Shown one piece after another: positions 52,600 to 64,000 of a stretch of DNA of 64,000 nucleotides; within the stretch, counting starts at the first letter, position 1; each line of letters starts with the position of its first letter. The notes below the pieces were generated by a model. It had not been told where the DNA came from. It ran no database searches and saw only the letters and a list, made by a program, of their open reading frames with translations. The DNA is from Bigelowiella natans CCMP2755. Its lineage: Eukaryota > Protista > Cercozoa. Made by a program: the position numbers and the translations under genes. The stretch covers positions 94,593 to 158,592 of the forward strand of contig ADNK01000266.1 of the NCBI GenBank assembly GCA_000320545.1. Direction: 5' to 3'.

Positions 52600-53800
52600 T
52601 TACACACGTTGTGCACGCTTTACATTCCGAAGTTGTGCATTTGTGCATCATATAAAGCTTATATTTTTAGATCACATATCAAAGCTATGTGTCTGTTTTG
52701 CTGTGAGTACTATGTGCTACGCTGACGATACACACGCATCTGCAGACATGTGTAGCTAGGTAGTAGCGGACGTCATCTAGTCATGTCAACTCATCGCCGC
52801 TAGCAGGTAGCAATGATCGGCAGCGCATTCGCCAATGCAATGCGACACGGATGCAATGAAGTGATTAAATCTTTTCAATGGTCATCCCAATGTAGCAATG
52901 CAAAGCTAAGCAGCAGGCTACAGCGCTTATGTGTTGCATCGTCAATGCGTACTCTGCCGCATTTTCAGATTTGCAGATCTAGCAGCTGGAGATCTGAACT
53001 GCAGTAAAGATAGATCCTTGCTAGGCTCTAGAGCTTGCAATGATGTAAGACGGATGTAACAAATGAATGAAATTTGTTCAAATGTACCCTGTGCTAGCCT
53101 GATGTAGCTGTCTAGCTGTGTATAAAGCTAGAAAGCACTGGAGTAGGCTAGTAGGGCTAGAGGAGCTACAGCGCTAGAGCGCCCATGTGGAATCTGTTTG
53201 TCTCTGTTGTTCTGTGTGCTGCTTCATCATCATTTGAAAGCATCAGCGCTTTCACATACGCGCGCCCAGCTACTAGCTAGCCAGCATGCAGCCACATCAG
53301 TACGCTAACGTAGCACGTGCACATCGCATAGAAACCTAGAAACTCTCGCGCAATAACTAGGCAAACTCGATCATGCTAGCATGCTGCATCGATCTATGAA
53401 ACTTTCGAATTCGCGATAGCTAGATAGTCACAAGCGCATGGCATGTCTAAATCGATCGACAAGTTGTGTTAGCTAAATCTCGTAAATGCTAGATTGGCTA
53501 TGTATCAGCTATAGCTAGATAGGTGCGTAGCGTGACGTGTGATGCGGTGTTACAGTCTACGCCCCATGCTAGCATGGCTAGCTAGCTAGCTAGCCATTGG
53601 CTACACACAGTAGTCTAGTAGTATATACTAGACACATCACATCGTACCATGCAAAATCATGCATCATGCAATTTCTCACCATTCGTTGCATGTGCCTAGA
53701 TGGGCAAAATTATTTATCAAGCATTACTCGATACATAGATATACACATCTAGACATGGCGCCATTCGCTCATTAGCGCTTATTACATTGACAATTACACT
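52600..53800. other. CTAG/CATG-rich convergent spacer 7
   Basis: Lies between PFDN3 (+) and GT25 (-), e.g. catgctagcatggctagctagctagctagc. Confidence 0.7.
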
Positions 53801-54063
53801 GCAATATCTACCTATAGTTATTCTGTAATGTCTACCTAATTCCTAACGTTTTATTTGACGTTATTCCGATACATCATTTGCTACCACTCATAGCTTCTTC
53901 TTCGCTAAAGAAGCTAGATCATCGCTTTGCTTGCATGAGCCTTGTGGATGAAAGTCATAAAGAGAATTTACAGAAAAATGCAAAGAATGTACTATTTGAT
54001 TTGAAAAGTCATCATCACACTCTACAATGCATTGATTTCCTAGCCACCGTGCTAAGATTATTA

Positions 54064-54573
54064 TCAGAGATAACAATCGATGAAACCTTTATGTATCCGA
54101 TTAACCGAGATATCTATGTTACCCTGGAATGATACGAATAAGAAATTTGAAAATAGATGAGAAAAAAATTCAAACATGTAATGGAGCAGCAAAATATGTC
54201 CAAGTAAAATGTTTACAGTAAGTTTGTTTTTGAACCTTCGACTCAAGTTTCAGATCGCTTTCCGATTCTATTTGCCCAACAAGGGTGGGATTTGTAATGT
54301 ACCTGCAAAAGGAGGAATCAAAATTCTGCTCAGGTTCGTCTTAGTAGCGCAGAGCATATCATACTCCTCAGAACCATCATAATCATCATCACTGCATTAG
54401 TTGTTGTTATTCCGCTGTTTGTTATTGGTGTACCAACGGTCCTTCTCCTGCAGTTCAAACCACATCAAATCCACCTGTATTATCGAGTATCGTGAAGGAG
54501 GAGGAGGAAAAGGCAACGTAATAATCATCATCATAATTATAAGAATTAATCATACATTATGATTTTACAACCT

Positions 54574-54616
<43 letters not shown>

Positions 54617-55954
54617 TAATTATGAATGGTGAGCAGTGTGTGTGTTGTGTGTGTTGTAGGGAGATATTGTGGGGTTGAAGAGGTGTGTTTGCATGAAGAG
54701 CTGTTGAGATCTTTCTTCTAAAATAGATATATCTATTAATACCTACCGTCAAATCTTAATACTATTCTTCTTATTCCCTATTGTTGTTATTGGTTTTGTC
54801 ATTGTTATTTTAGAAAAAAATTATAACCTGCACATCATACTTAATAGCTCTTTCGAAGCACTCCTCAAGTACTTTGCCGTATTTCTTTGTGAGAATGTAT
54901 GCATGGCTCATTGTTGCAACTTTAATGCGTTTATAAAGCTCTCTCCCCGTCTCTTGACTCGCCATTATGTATCTGCATGAAGAAAAAGATGATGAAGAAG
55001 AGACTATGAAAAGGATGAAAAGGAGTACAATAGAATCTGAAGAACAAGATACGAGCAACTTATATCTGTGAGTAAGTGAGCAAAGCGGAATAGTGGAATA
55101 GAGCTGCTCTTACCCTCCGAGCATAAGCACATCAAATCCTTGATCCATTTTCTCGATTTGTGTGATACATTCTCTCGCCAGTGCTAGTGCTGGTGCTGCC
55201 TTTCCTAAAAAATTAACGAATAAAAGAACGACTTCAATAATACTACTACTAATAACAATGATGATCATCATCACGATGAGACAACAAGCGGTTGAAGATA
55301 AAAGCAATTATCATGATTATCCCATCCACCCAATAGACAGCTGCAGCAAAGGATGGTCGATGATGATGATGATGTTGTTGTTGTTGATAATGATGATGAT
55401 GATGATGATGACCAGTGTAGTAGAACTTTGCATCATCCTCAAGTATTAGTACTCGATCTATATGTAGTAGTAGCACCAACAGTTTCAATTATCATTGAGA
55501 GGAGAGTATCGACCTCATCATTGGTGCCACATGAATTATCATTATAACTATATCATGATATTCATAACTATCATCGTCATCATTTAGTTTGAATTGAACA
55601 ACCCCATCCTCGGTTTCTAGCCTCTAGGATTGCTTTGATGTGGGACTTAGCGCTTCCACGACGTGGCTTCTCCTGATGATACATTATTATTATTATTATT
55701 ACTATTATGTGTCAAAATCACTACTACTACTACTACTACAATATGTGAACACCACCGTGATTATGCGGATGACGATGTTTCTCTAGGGTGTGCTATTGAA
55801 TACCACCATCATCATCATCATCATCATCATTTCGCACCATTTCAATTGACATCAAGCACCCTTCAAAAAAGCACCTTATCTGCTACTGCCTCAATACGAA
55901 CGATTGGAATACCAGATGCCGTTGCTATTATCCGATCATGGAAGTGTGTGAGTG

Positions 55955-55993
<39 letters not shown>

Positions 55994-56317
55994 TGCTGCT
56001 GCTGCTGCTGCTGCACCAGATCTCATATAATAATTCATTTCATCGATTTTTGTTATTAAATTTAAGAGTCCACCCCCCCCCCCCCCCCCCCCCCCTTGCT
56101 CATCCTTCATCACCTTCATCAATGTTGTGTTGGAGGAGCTGTGGAAGAAGACTCTTTCGCCTGTCCTTTCGATGCGCCAAGTTGATGTATAAAATTCCAT
56201 CGATAATTCCCGCTGCCACAGACGAGAAACCGGATGATGATGATGATGATAAAATGTAATGATAATGGATATTGTTGATGCGGTGATAATTTTTCGATTA
56301 AACGGTGCATATTTCAT
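54064..56317 (-). CDS. Glycosyltransferase family 25-like protein
   Basis: ILYINLAHRKDRR, IVRIEAV, GSAKSHIKA, VLILEDDA, FDVLMLGG, TMSHAYIL, VDLMWFELQ...W-YITNPTLVGQIESESD. The N-terminal anchor needs a 1-nt frame correction near 56250. The last exon is uncertain (stop about 54170 or 54064). Confidence 0.85.
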
Positions 56318-56359
56318 GTCGCAACTGCTGCTTCTACTCACTGCTAGGTTGATCAGTTG

Positions 56360-56395
<36 letters not shown>

Positions 56396-56696
56396 ATAGC
56401 GTCATCCACGATGATGCATGCATGCCAAAATGAATAATGTGTCGACCACCTTGAGGAGATGATGATGATGATGATGATTCAATGCCTTCGTTAGTTTTGT
56501 TTTTATTATCCCTGTCATCACTACTACCATCGCCCCCTTCCCGTTCCCCCTTTGCTGCTCCTCCTCCTCCTCCTCCTCCTCCTCCTCCTCCTCCCTCTCC
56601 TCCTTTTTCATGACTCTTTTCTTTCTGCCGAAATTATATGAGTGAATGAATGAAGAGGGAAGAAGGAGAAGTTTGCTCGATGAATGTAGGAACAAA

Positions 56697-57136
56697 TCAA
56701 TGAGTAACGTGACAGAAGATCAATTCACTACCGAAGAATTGCATGTGGCAGCACAAGGCAACACGGCTGACCTTGTTCTTTGTCTTCATTTTCTTCTTTC
56801 TCTTCTTATTCTTCTTGTTCTTGGTTTTCATCATCACCTTCTTGCTGTTCTTAAGTTCAGTGTCCTCCTTGTTGAATGATTGCACAACAAGCGCTGGCCT
56901 TGCTACCACACCTCCTGCCCGAATACGAGAGGGTATCAATCTGTTCCCGATGAAAGTGAGGGGTTCCTGATAGTTGTAGTTGAGCAGTCATTAATGGCAG
57001 CGGCAGGTAAGGAAAATTACGATTTTTTGCGAAATTGTTATATGAGGAAAATGTGGCCATTTAAACAGATGCAATATCCAGTATTATATAACTTATTATA
57101 TAACTTAATTATACGTAAATAATAAAAACAATATAG

Positions 57137-57186
<50 letters not shown>

Positions 57187-57422
57187 TATATATTAATATT
57201 AATATAATATTCACCACGAGACGGGAAAAGATTGGGTCTTTCAACACATGCCCTATCTGAGCACTTTTGTACGTCAAAGCTTGCTCCAGACTCACTCCTG
57301 GCATGGTTCGAATGAAGCTCCGAATCTTTTCGATGTTGCGAGCATGTACATGCTTTGTCTCCACGCAGAGAAAGTAGTTCTCAATTGCTGTCTGCAAGAG
57401 AAGAACAGAAGGGAGTAATCGA

Positions 57423-57455
<33 letters not shown>

Positions 57456-58587
57456 TATCGATGATCGGCTCTTTAACATCGTAGAATTGGGCGGTAGGGG
57501 AAAAGGAGAAGTGTTTTAGCACAACCTTGAGTCTCTTCCCTTCATAATCCAATCCTGGATGTGTCAGCATTGCTTTTGATACCGCCGTGTTAGCTTCTGG
57601 AAGCTATTATTGAATAGATGTATTCGAATGGGCCATCAACAACATCATCATCATAACCACTCCAGCAGCAAACTTATAAATATTATAGTTCAAATTTGAG
57701 AGTAATCGAGAGATAAGTGTAAACCGGAAAGATTAATTAATGATACAAGACAACGAGATTAGAACATATAGAGACGAGGTCAGCTGAATCTATCGTTTAC
57801 ATCCGTGAGGAAACTTTCCGGTTTCTCGTTCAAATTTATTATTGCAATGAGAAGATATAGCCTGGACTTCACAGATGTTGTAACGCACTTAGATAAAAGT
57901 CCGTCAACCTGGATATCGTCATCATCACCATCATCATCCTTAAGTGAAGAGCTAACCTTGCAGCAGCAGCAGCAGCAGCAGCAGTCTTAACTTAATTAGC
58001 GGCTGCCTGTCGTACATACCTCATTGGCAGGGCACTTTTGAAGCACTCGAATGAATGCCAACACGTAGATCAGCTCATCGCATCCCGGGGAGGCCGCAAA
58101 TTGTGTTATTAGGTAGCTTATTAGAGATTTCGCTTCTTCGAGCTTGCCTAATACACATGTGCCTTTTCAGAGGACCAATATGCTGTAAAATTCATAAATG
58201 CTTGCCTTTTGAAATAGCTGTATGCACTTCTTTTAGCAAGTCTCGATCGTTGTTGATGGGTTCCTTTTTTATCTCTGTGAATGGCAATTCTTCTTTGCCA
58301 CTGCGAAGATGGTTCAGTGGAGCTTCGTTGGAGCTTGTTGCTTCACTGGTGTGATCTGGAAAGGACATCGTCATCAAGCTTGACGCCCCTAGCCTACCAG
58401 GACTCCCGCTACCACCGTTGCATCTGCTTAGAGGTTTCTTTCTCATAATGTGCAAGTGTTTTCCTTGGGGAATGAGGAGCTTGTTGATCTTCCTTTCTTT
58501 CACAGTGAGTTCTGACTTTTGTGCATCCTTCCATACAGGACCAAATAGTAGTCTTGCGATAAGAAAATCCTCATGTCGTCTGGTCAT
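56697..58587 (-). CDS. Hypothetical helical-repeat (TPR-like) protein
   Basis: Exons MTRRHEDFLIARLLFGPVW...VHTAISK|GKLEEAKSLISYL...ANE|VSSSLK...|LPEANTAVSKAML...|TAIENYF...SRL join in frame. Both termini are uncertain. Confidence 0.6.
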
Positions 58588-58824
58588 CTTTGCTTGTTGC
58601 TCACACAATGAAGTAAAAAATATCTCACAAATCATCATCCCTCATCATCCCAATATTATGGTGTTATTATCACCTCGAAAGAACGTAAAAACAATGACAA
58701 TCTGGAGACAACAACAGCAACAACAACAACAGATAGTAAATCAGAAGTACCGAAAGGAAGTAGAACACGACGCTACAGCAAGTGGTGGTTTTGAGGCAGC
58801 ACCACCATCACCAGAGCACTCGCC

Positions 58825-59607
58825 ATGGATGAGGAACCCGTAGCAGCAGACCAACATCGCGACGACTCACTCGCAAAAAAGCTAGATTCGGACAACCTGA
58901 GGACATATCTAAATGCTCTCTGCGAAAGGTACGAAAAGTACCTTGCAGTCGATCTTCCGCAACCCGGGAAATCGATCGCAACATTAGCACAGTACTCAGC
59001 AATGGTCAATCGTCTCATCACTGCACACGTCCAGAAGCCACGCTCCGAAAGATTGAATTCACCTCTCAGAAAGAATCTAGCACTTTTGCGTGAGGCGTAT
59101 GTGCACCCCCGGCTCATTCTGGCCTTGAAGGAGATGTTTGCATTTGTGCACCAAACAGTCAAAGAACTGCTTGAATTCCGTTCAGAGCGGGAAGACAGTA
59201 AGGAACTCATTGCTGCAGTTAACGAAAAATTGGAAAGACTCGACATTGATGTCAGACAATATTGTAAGCGTATTGATGACATTGTCACACTCAATGATTC
59301 TCATTTTTCGACCCTGGCCTGGGATGCATGGACATCATTGTGCAACAAGGCACACAGATTGGCATTTGATTATTGGTATCCACCACCCCAAAAATCTCAG
59401 AACAAAGAAGAAAATCCCAACAATAACAAGGCTGAGAATAAGGAAAATCTAAACCTCTCACCTGACAACTCAGCTTCAGTGTTTTCCCTAACAGCCTCAT
59501 GTGATTCGCTTCGTCGCGTCAAGGAGCTGGAAAAGGGATTCGGAGAAAGACTTTCTGAACTTAGCATTCCCGATGAAGTGATTCCCCAAAATGTTCAAAC
59601 AGATTAA
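58825..59607 (+). CDS. Intronless hypothetical alpha-helical protein (260 aa; may extend to ATG about 58693 through a 1-nt frameshift)
   Basis: Uninterrupted ORF with normal composition, followed by the 3' spacer. No recognised family. Confidence 0.7.
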   Translation: MDEEPVAADQHRDDSLAKKLDSDNLRTYLNALCERYEKYLAVDLPQPGKSIATLAQYSAMVNRLITAHVQKPRSERLNSPLRKNLALLREAYVHPRLILALKEMFAFVHQTVKELLEFRSEREDSKELIAAVNEKLERLDIDVRQYCKRIDDIVTLNDSHFSTLAWDAWTSLCNKAHRLAFDYWYPPPQKSQNKEENPNNNKAENKENLNLSPDNSASVFSLTASCDSLRRVKELEKGFGERLSELSIPDEVIPQNVQTD

Positions 59608-59609
59608 AT

Positions 59610-59828
59610 GCATGCGGTTGTCGTCGACATGGAACATGTACATCAGTGTGCACCGCATGTGAGAAGGATGCAATGCATAAATTAAATTTGTTCAATGGTC
59701 ATTTTGATGCGTAGTGTGCAGACTGATGCTCTCTAGCTCTAACTGCTTAGAAGTATGTGCATTCAGTCTGTGTAGCATTAGCTGTACGTGTTGCGTGTGG
59801 GCTAGTGGGTCTTGCAGGCGAGTGTGCT

Positions 59829-59881
<53 letters not shown>

Positions 59882-60690
59882 ACATAGCAGCAACATGGAC
59901 GCATACATGTCTGTATGTGCTCAGTGTATGCTTGCAATAAATCTGCGCTCCATGCTCTAGTGTGCGCTCATTGCGCTAAGATCATCAGCTACAGTCTGGC
60001 GGGTCGTACTAGCTCTAGAGCTGCTGGCTTCTAGAGACTTTAGGCTCTCTAGAGCGTACACCCCTCTAGCACACATGTTCCTTAAGACATATGTGGGTTA
60101 GAATATGTGTTGTAGCTAGCTGGCGGGTGACGATCCACGCATTGTCTCGCGCAGACAATTCTGACTAGCTGATAGCACGTTCTGCATTGTTTCTTAGCTG
60201 TTAGGAAGGCTAGGTGGTCTTATTAGCGGTGGGCAACTTCACGAATAAAAATTGCACATTCGATCTAGCATTCTAGCATTGCTAGATTGCTCATCAGGTC
60301 TAGAGGTCTAGAGGTAATAAACAATTCTAGCATGCGCTAGCGCGTGCCATTACACGTTTTGCACATGCATGGAACAAAGTTGACAAACAAAGTAATGTTG
60401 CACATTGCTTATCTAGCTTATCCCTAGGTCAATCTTGCAATTCAGGCCACGCTATTGCAGCTAACACGAAAGCGCATTGCATCTGACGTACACGCATGTT
60501 GTGTGTGTATACCGCTGTGCTACTCTGGATACTGCAACTGACATATAGACATGTCTGGCACTGTGTTCACATTGCACGTCAACATGCATGCGACGACCCA
60601 CTTGCCGCACTGAGATGGACTAGGTATGCCACACGTGATGCTATGGGAATCGCTGCTTCTAGTCAGGAAAATTCGATGCAAACGTGATTC
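59610..60690. other. CTAG/CATG-rich convergent spacer 8
   Basis: Lies between the hypothetical gene (+) and RRM-HAD (-), e.g. actagctctagag, tctagcattctagcattgctag and ctagcatgcgctagcgcg. Confidence 0.7.
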
Positions 60691-60821
60691 CAGTGTTTTA
60701 ATCCCAGCCACATTACCATCTAATTTCTTAACTCTAGCTAGATATTTTGTCTCACCAAATTCATTTTTTTATGGCAGAGCGCCGTCATCTTTCTTGGAGA
60801 CCTCCCCTCCACAATCCAAAT

Positions 60822-61648
60822 TTACTTTTTATGCGACGAAACTTTATTCTCCTCAAATGATGTTGCTTCCAAGGAATAGCTACCTTTTTCATCTTCGTCG
60901 TCCTTTTTTACCATACCTGATGCAAAGGAAATTCAGCACACATATTTAGTTGAATTTGCATAGAGCGCAATCATCAGCACCTGGCATTATTTCTTGTTCC
61001 GTTTCCTTCTCTGACTCCAGGAAGGGATTTATCAACCCAATACGTTTTAACGTTTCAAGGGTCGTCTTCGTGTTTTTATGATGTACATAAATACCGCCTC
61101 TTTGTTCCCAGGGAATGCCGAGTCTCTCAGAATCATCAATAATTATGGAACCTCGTCTGCAATAGTAAAGCTTTTTCGGAGCAAAGCAGGTGATGACTTT
61201 TACCTAGTGTTTTGAAAAGGATTTCATCAGCTGTAAGTTATGGGCTGGTAGTGACTTTAACGTGACTTTCTAGAATATGCCTTGTGACAAAGTAACTCCA
61301 CCTTTTGGTCCAGATGCTTTGCAACCCACTTTCTTTTTTGTGGGTCTGCCCAATCTCCGCGGGGAACACCCGACAATATCGTTGGTGAACATTGAGTGAT
61401 GGCATCCCAAAGTTGTTTGCCATCTTTCATCCAACCTAGCTTTTCGTAAAAGCCCTCGTAATTTTCAAGCTTCTCCCACATCCATGCTATTTCCTCCTTA
61501 TCCTTCCTACCTTGGATTGCATTGACGCACTTTCCAAGAATTTCGGAGCTTAACGCTTTGAAATCACAGAGGACTCCATCCAGGTCACAGAAAACATCTG
61601 GTAAGCTAACAGCGCGGTTTGAGAGCTTCGGGTATACCCTGATCTTAT

Positions 61649-61681
<33 letters not shown>

Positions 61682-62003
61682 GGCTACTACTACTGACGAT
61701 AATTCCTTTCCCGTGTTGTGCACACGATATAGCGTTTTGGGCCGACAAGGGGTTTTTGAATTTAACAAATCCATACTGTTGTCCGCTTGGAACCCAGGCT
61801 CTTATAATTTCTCCAGTATTTGCGAAGGCCACCCACAAATCGCCTCCTTCACATCCACGTGGAATTCCTGGAACGAACAATGTGTCTTGAAGAGCAGGAT
61901 TCGCATCGTAACGATGATAGTTGCGTTTTCGTCTAAATTGGCTGCGGTTTTGCCACGCATTTTGATAAGAAGACGGCCTTCGCCTACTATTTCTTCCTTC
62001 CAT
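60822..62003 (-). CDS. RRM domain fused to a 5'(3')-nucleotidase-like (NT5C/phage-type) HAD phosphatase, 3 exons
   Basis: RNP2 LFVPGI and RNP1 QYGFVKF; HAD motif I VFCDLDGVLCDF, motif II TILSGVP, K in FAPKK, motif IV IIIDD, then WEQRGGIYVHH. Stop at 60822. Confidence 0.88.
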
Positions 62004-62707
62004 TGAATACAATGGGAACGTGTACACACAGGAGCTCTAGGCTTATTTGTTCTGCCCGTTAGTTCTCTTCCGTTCGGGGATATTTTAAGATGCCCGTAGC
62101 CAAAATAGTTCGGAATAGGAGTAGTTAATGAATGTAGTATGTTGGTCCTCTTGTCCCTCCTCCTCCTCCTGCTGCTGCTGCTGCCTGTGCTTCTTCCTCT
62201 CTTCCTTTCCTCGGGCTGGTGGAAGAATGTATGAGTCTAGTGCGAGCCCCTTGAAAGAAATAGTCACAAATATACACCACAAACTTACGATTCAAATTTT
62301 AATTTTATTTACCAATGTATATATGTGTGTAAATTTTTTTCATATTAAAAACATGTCTTACATGTACTTGTTTCCAATCAAAGTAAAAAAAATATCGTCT
62401 TTTAAATCCATCAAAAATAGCACTTTACAACATTACCAACAACATTTTGCAACAAACTTCCTTCTGTTATTGGCAAGGTATATTCCTGTTGTGGAAGTGG
62501 ACCTATTATCAGTATCATATCTGCTCGTAAAAGGAACTAGGCGGAAGAATCACATCTGATTAGGCATTTTACGATAAAAGTGGTAGTTATTATTGTCTAC
62601 TTCTTGTCTATCGTGATGCCGTTTTCATGTCATTATTCATCGAACTACTGCTAGTCACTACTCATCAACCCCCCTACCTACCTTTTGTGCTCTCACAAGG
62701 AAGGAAA

Positions 62708-63864
62708 ATGCATGTTGCCTGCCTTAGAAGAGAAGGAGGTGGTTACAGTGGGCCTCACCTCCACATCCTTTCTTTCCTAATCCTCACAACGGTAATAATT
62801 GTTCGCCATGTAGACCATTTTTTTCATCACTTGCTTATCCTTCCACATGCACCTACTGTCGAATAGTAATTCGTTAGGCTAATCTCCTTTTCTTTCCTTG
62901 TATGAGAAGATAAGAAGGATTAAAATAAAACTAGAAAACCCTTCTTCGAAGAATGCTCCATCATTCGTAGTCGAGTAAGGGAGGTGGTGATTTATACAAA
63001 TTATTCAGGCTATTGCTGTTGATGCATCGAAGACCTCGAAATTCTCTACAAGATCGATGCGGATTTTTTCCAAATTGAATCCTGCTGCTAGGCTTAAACC
63101 ACCTCTATGGCGCAATCGATTTCACAACCCCTCTCAAAATCGAGAAGACAGGCGGCGTCCATCCATTTCCCTGTCTTGTGCAGCCGCAAAAGAAGACGAC
63201 TTATACGGCGCAGAATTTGTTGAAGAGGTTTATTGATATTAACTGATTTGCTAAAATCTCTTCTGAATATATAGCAAGTAGATGTAATACAATTTGCCCC
63301 TCCTTCATTCACCTCTCTTAGTCAATATTACTATCTTTTTGAACTTTGAACAACTAACTACCAGCTGTCCAACAACAATAATAAGATACGATTTATGATT
63401 CAGGTTGACGAGGAGACTTCATACGGTAAAAAGGACGGTGCTACTGGAAGCGGAATGGTATTGTTTTATCGCTCTTTAAATAAACAGTCTTCTAAAACAT
63501 GGAAATGTTGGTTTTTATCTATCAGGTTGCAATTGATAATATTTTTACGGAGAAGAAGGTAACTTACGTTTAATCAGCATCTATTTATCACTCTGGTGAT
63601 GTATATGTGCACATCCTTGCCCTAATGAAAAAACGGATTATAACCAATAAACAACAGAACGTAGTTATATTCTTCTTCCTATTCACTATATTCGCAATGT
63701 TAGTCCATAACCGAAGACGATCTAATGAGAGCAGGGCAGCTGGGATTTTTCACTCCCGAGTTTGAGGTAAGTCGTTACAGCAAGGAGTGCTATATGTACA
63801 GTAGCTATGGTGGTTGTAGCAGTGTATGAGTTCTCCTCGTGATATATAGAATATAATATATGTC

Positions 63865-63907
<43 letters not shown>

Positions 63908-64000
63908 CAGCCATTGAAAGGATTGTTGTTGTTATGCTACGTAGTAGCTCTTATGTAATTATATTGGAGGTAGTGGTGATGACAATAGGTAGTGGCATGG
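62708..64000 (+). CDS. Probable plastid-targeted hypothetical protein, 5' part (runs off window end)
   Basis: MHVACLRR...HILSFLILTT|AIAVDAS (signal-like), a Ser/Arg-rich transit-like region, then acidic mature-like exons AKEDDLYGAEFVEE|VDEE...|VAIDNIFTEKK|SITEDDLMRAGQLGFFTPEFE|QPLKGLLLLCY, all in phase 0. Confidence 0.65.

Noticed and set aside
58820-58830. Overlapping back-to-back start codons (CCATGG) for two divergent genes
   Set aside because: The minus-strand ATG leads to a stop after 17 codons. The minus gene more plausibly starts at 58587.
9440-60690. Convergent spacers as copies of a MITE/transposon or as CRISPR-like arrays
   Set aside because: No shared alignable sequence, terminal inverted repeats, target-site duplications or regular repeat-spacer structure was seen. 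No transposase or reverse transcriptase ORF is present in the window.

Overview
Eukaryotic nuclear DNA, gene-dense and rich in introns and intronic microsatellites. It comes from a flagellated alga with a secondary plastid, most plausibly a chlorarachniophyte. That inference rests on signal+transit presequences, a chlorophyllase and an axonemal dynein. By manual splicing I support about 19 protein-coding loci, in order: YnbD-like dual-specificity phosphatase (-), multi-EF-hand protein (+), membrane-anchored KH protein (-), small Cys-rich protein (+), DUF819 membrane protein (-), DDI1 (+), mitochondrial EF-hand protein (-), DNAH1-type inner-arm dynein heavy chain (+), RPL18a/eL20 (-), 4-TM protein (+), a rearranged jacalin / multi-UGA locus (-), chlorophyllase (+), multi-pass membrane protein (-), prefoldin 3 (+), GT25 glycosyltransferase (-), TPR-like protein (-), hypothetical protein (+), RRM-HAD nucleotidase fusion (-) and a partial plastid-targeted protein (+). 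Main points of interest: (1) a Cys-rich frame at 40318-40977 interrupted only by three in-frame TGA codons and followed by a SECIS-like hairpin, a candidate new multi-selenocysteine protein; (2) near-perfect strand alternation of genes, with a distinctive CTAG/CATG/TGCA-rich spacer at every tail-to-tail junction; (3) a jacalin domain whose two halves lie on opposite strands; (4) a chlorophyllase with an apparent Tat lumen signal; (5) an RRM fused to a phage-type HAD nucleotidase. Exon boundaries were inferred by eye and some gene termini are uncertain. No database searches were run.
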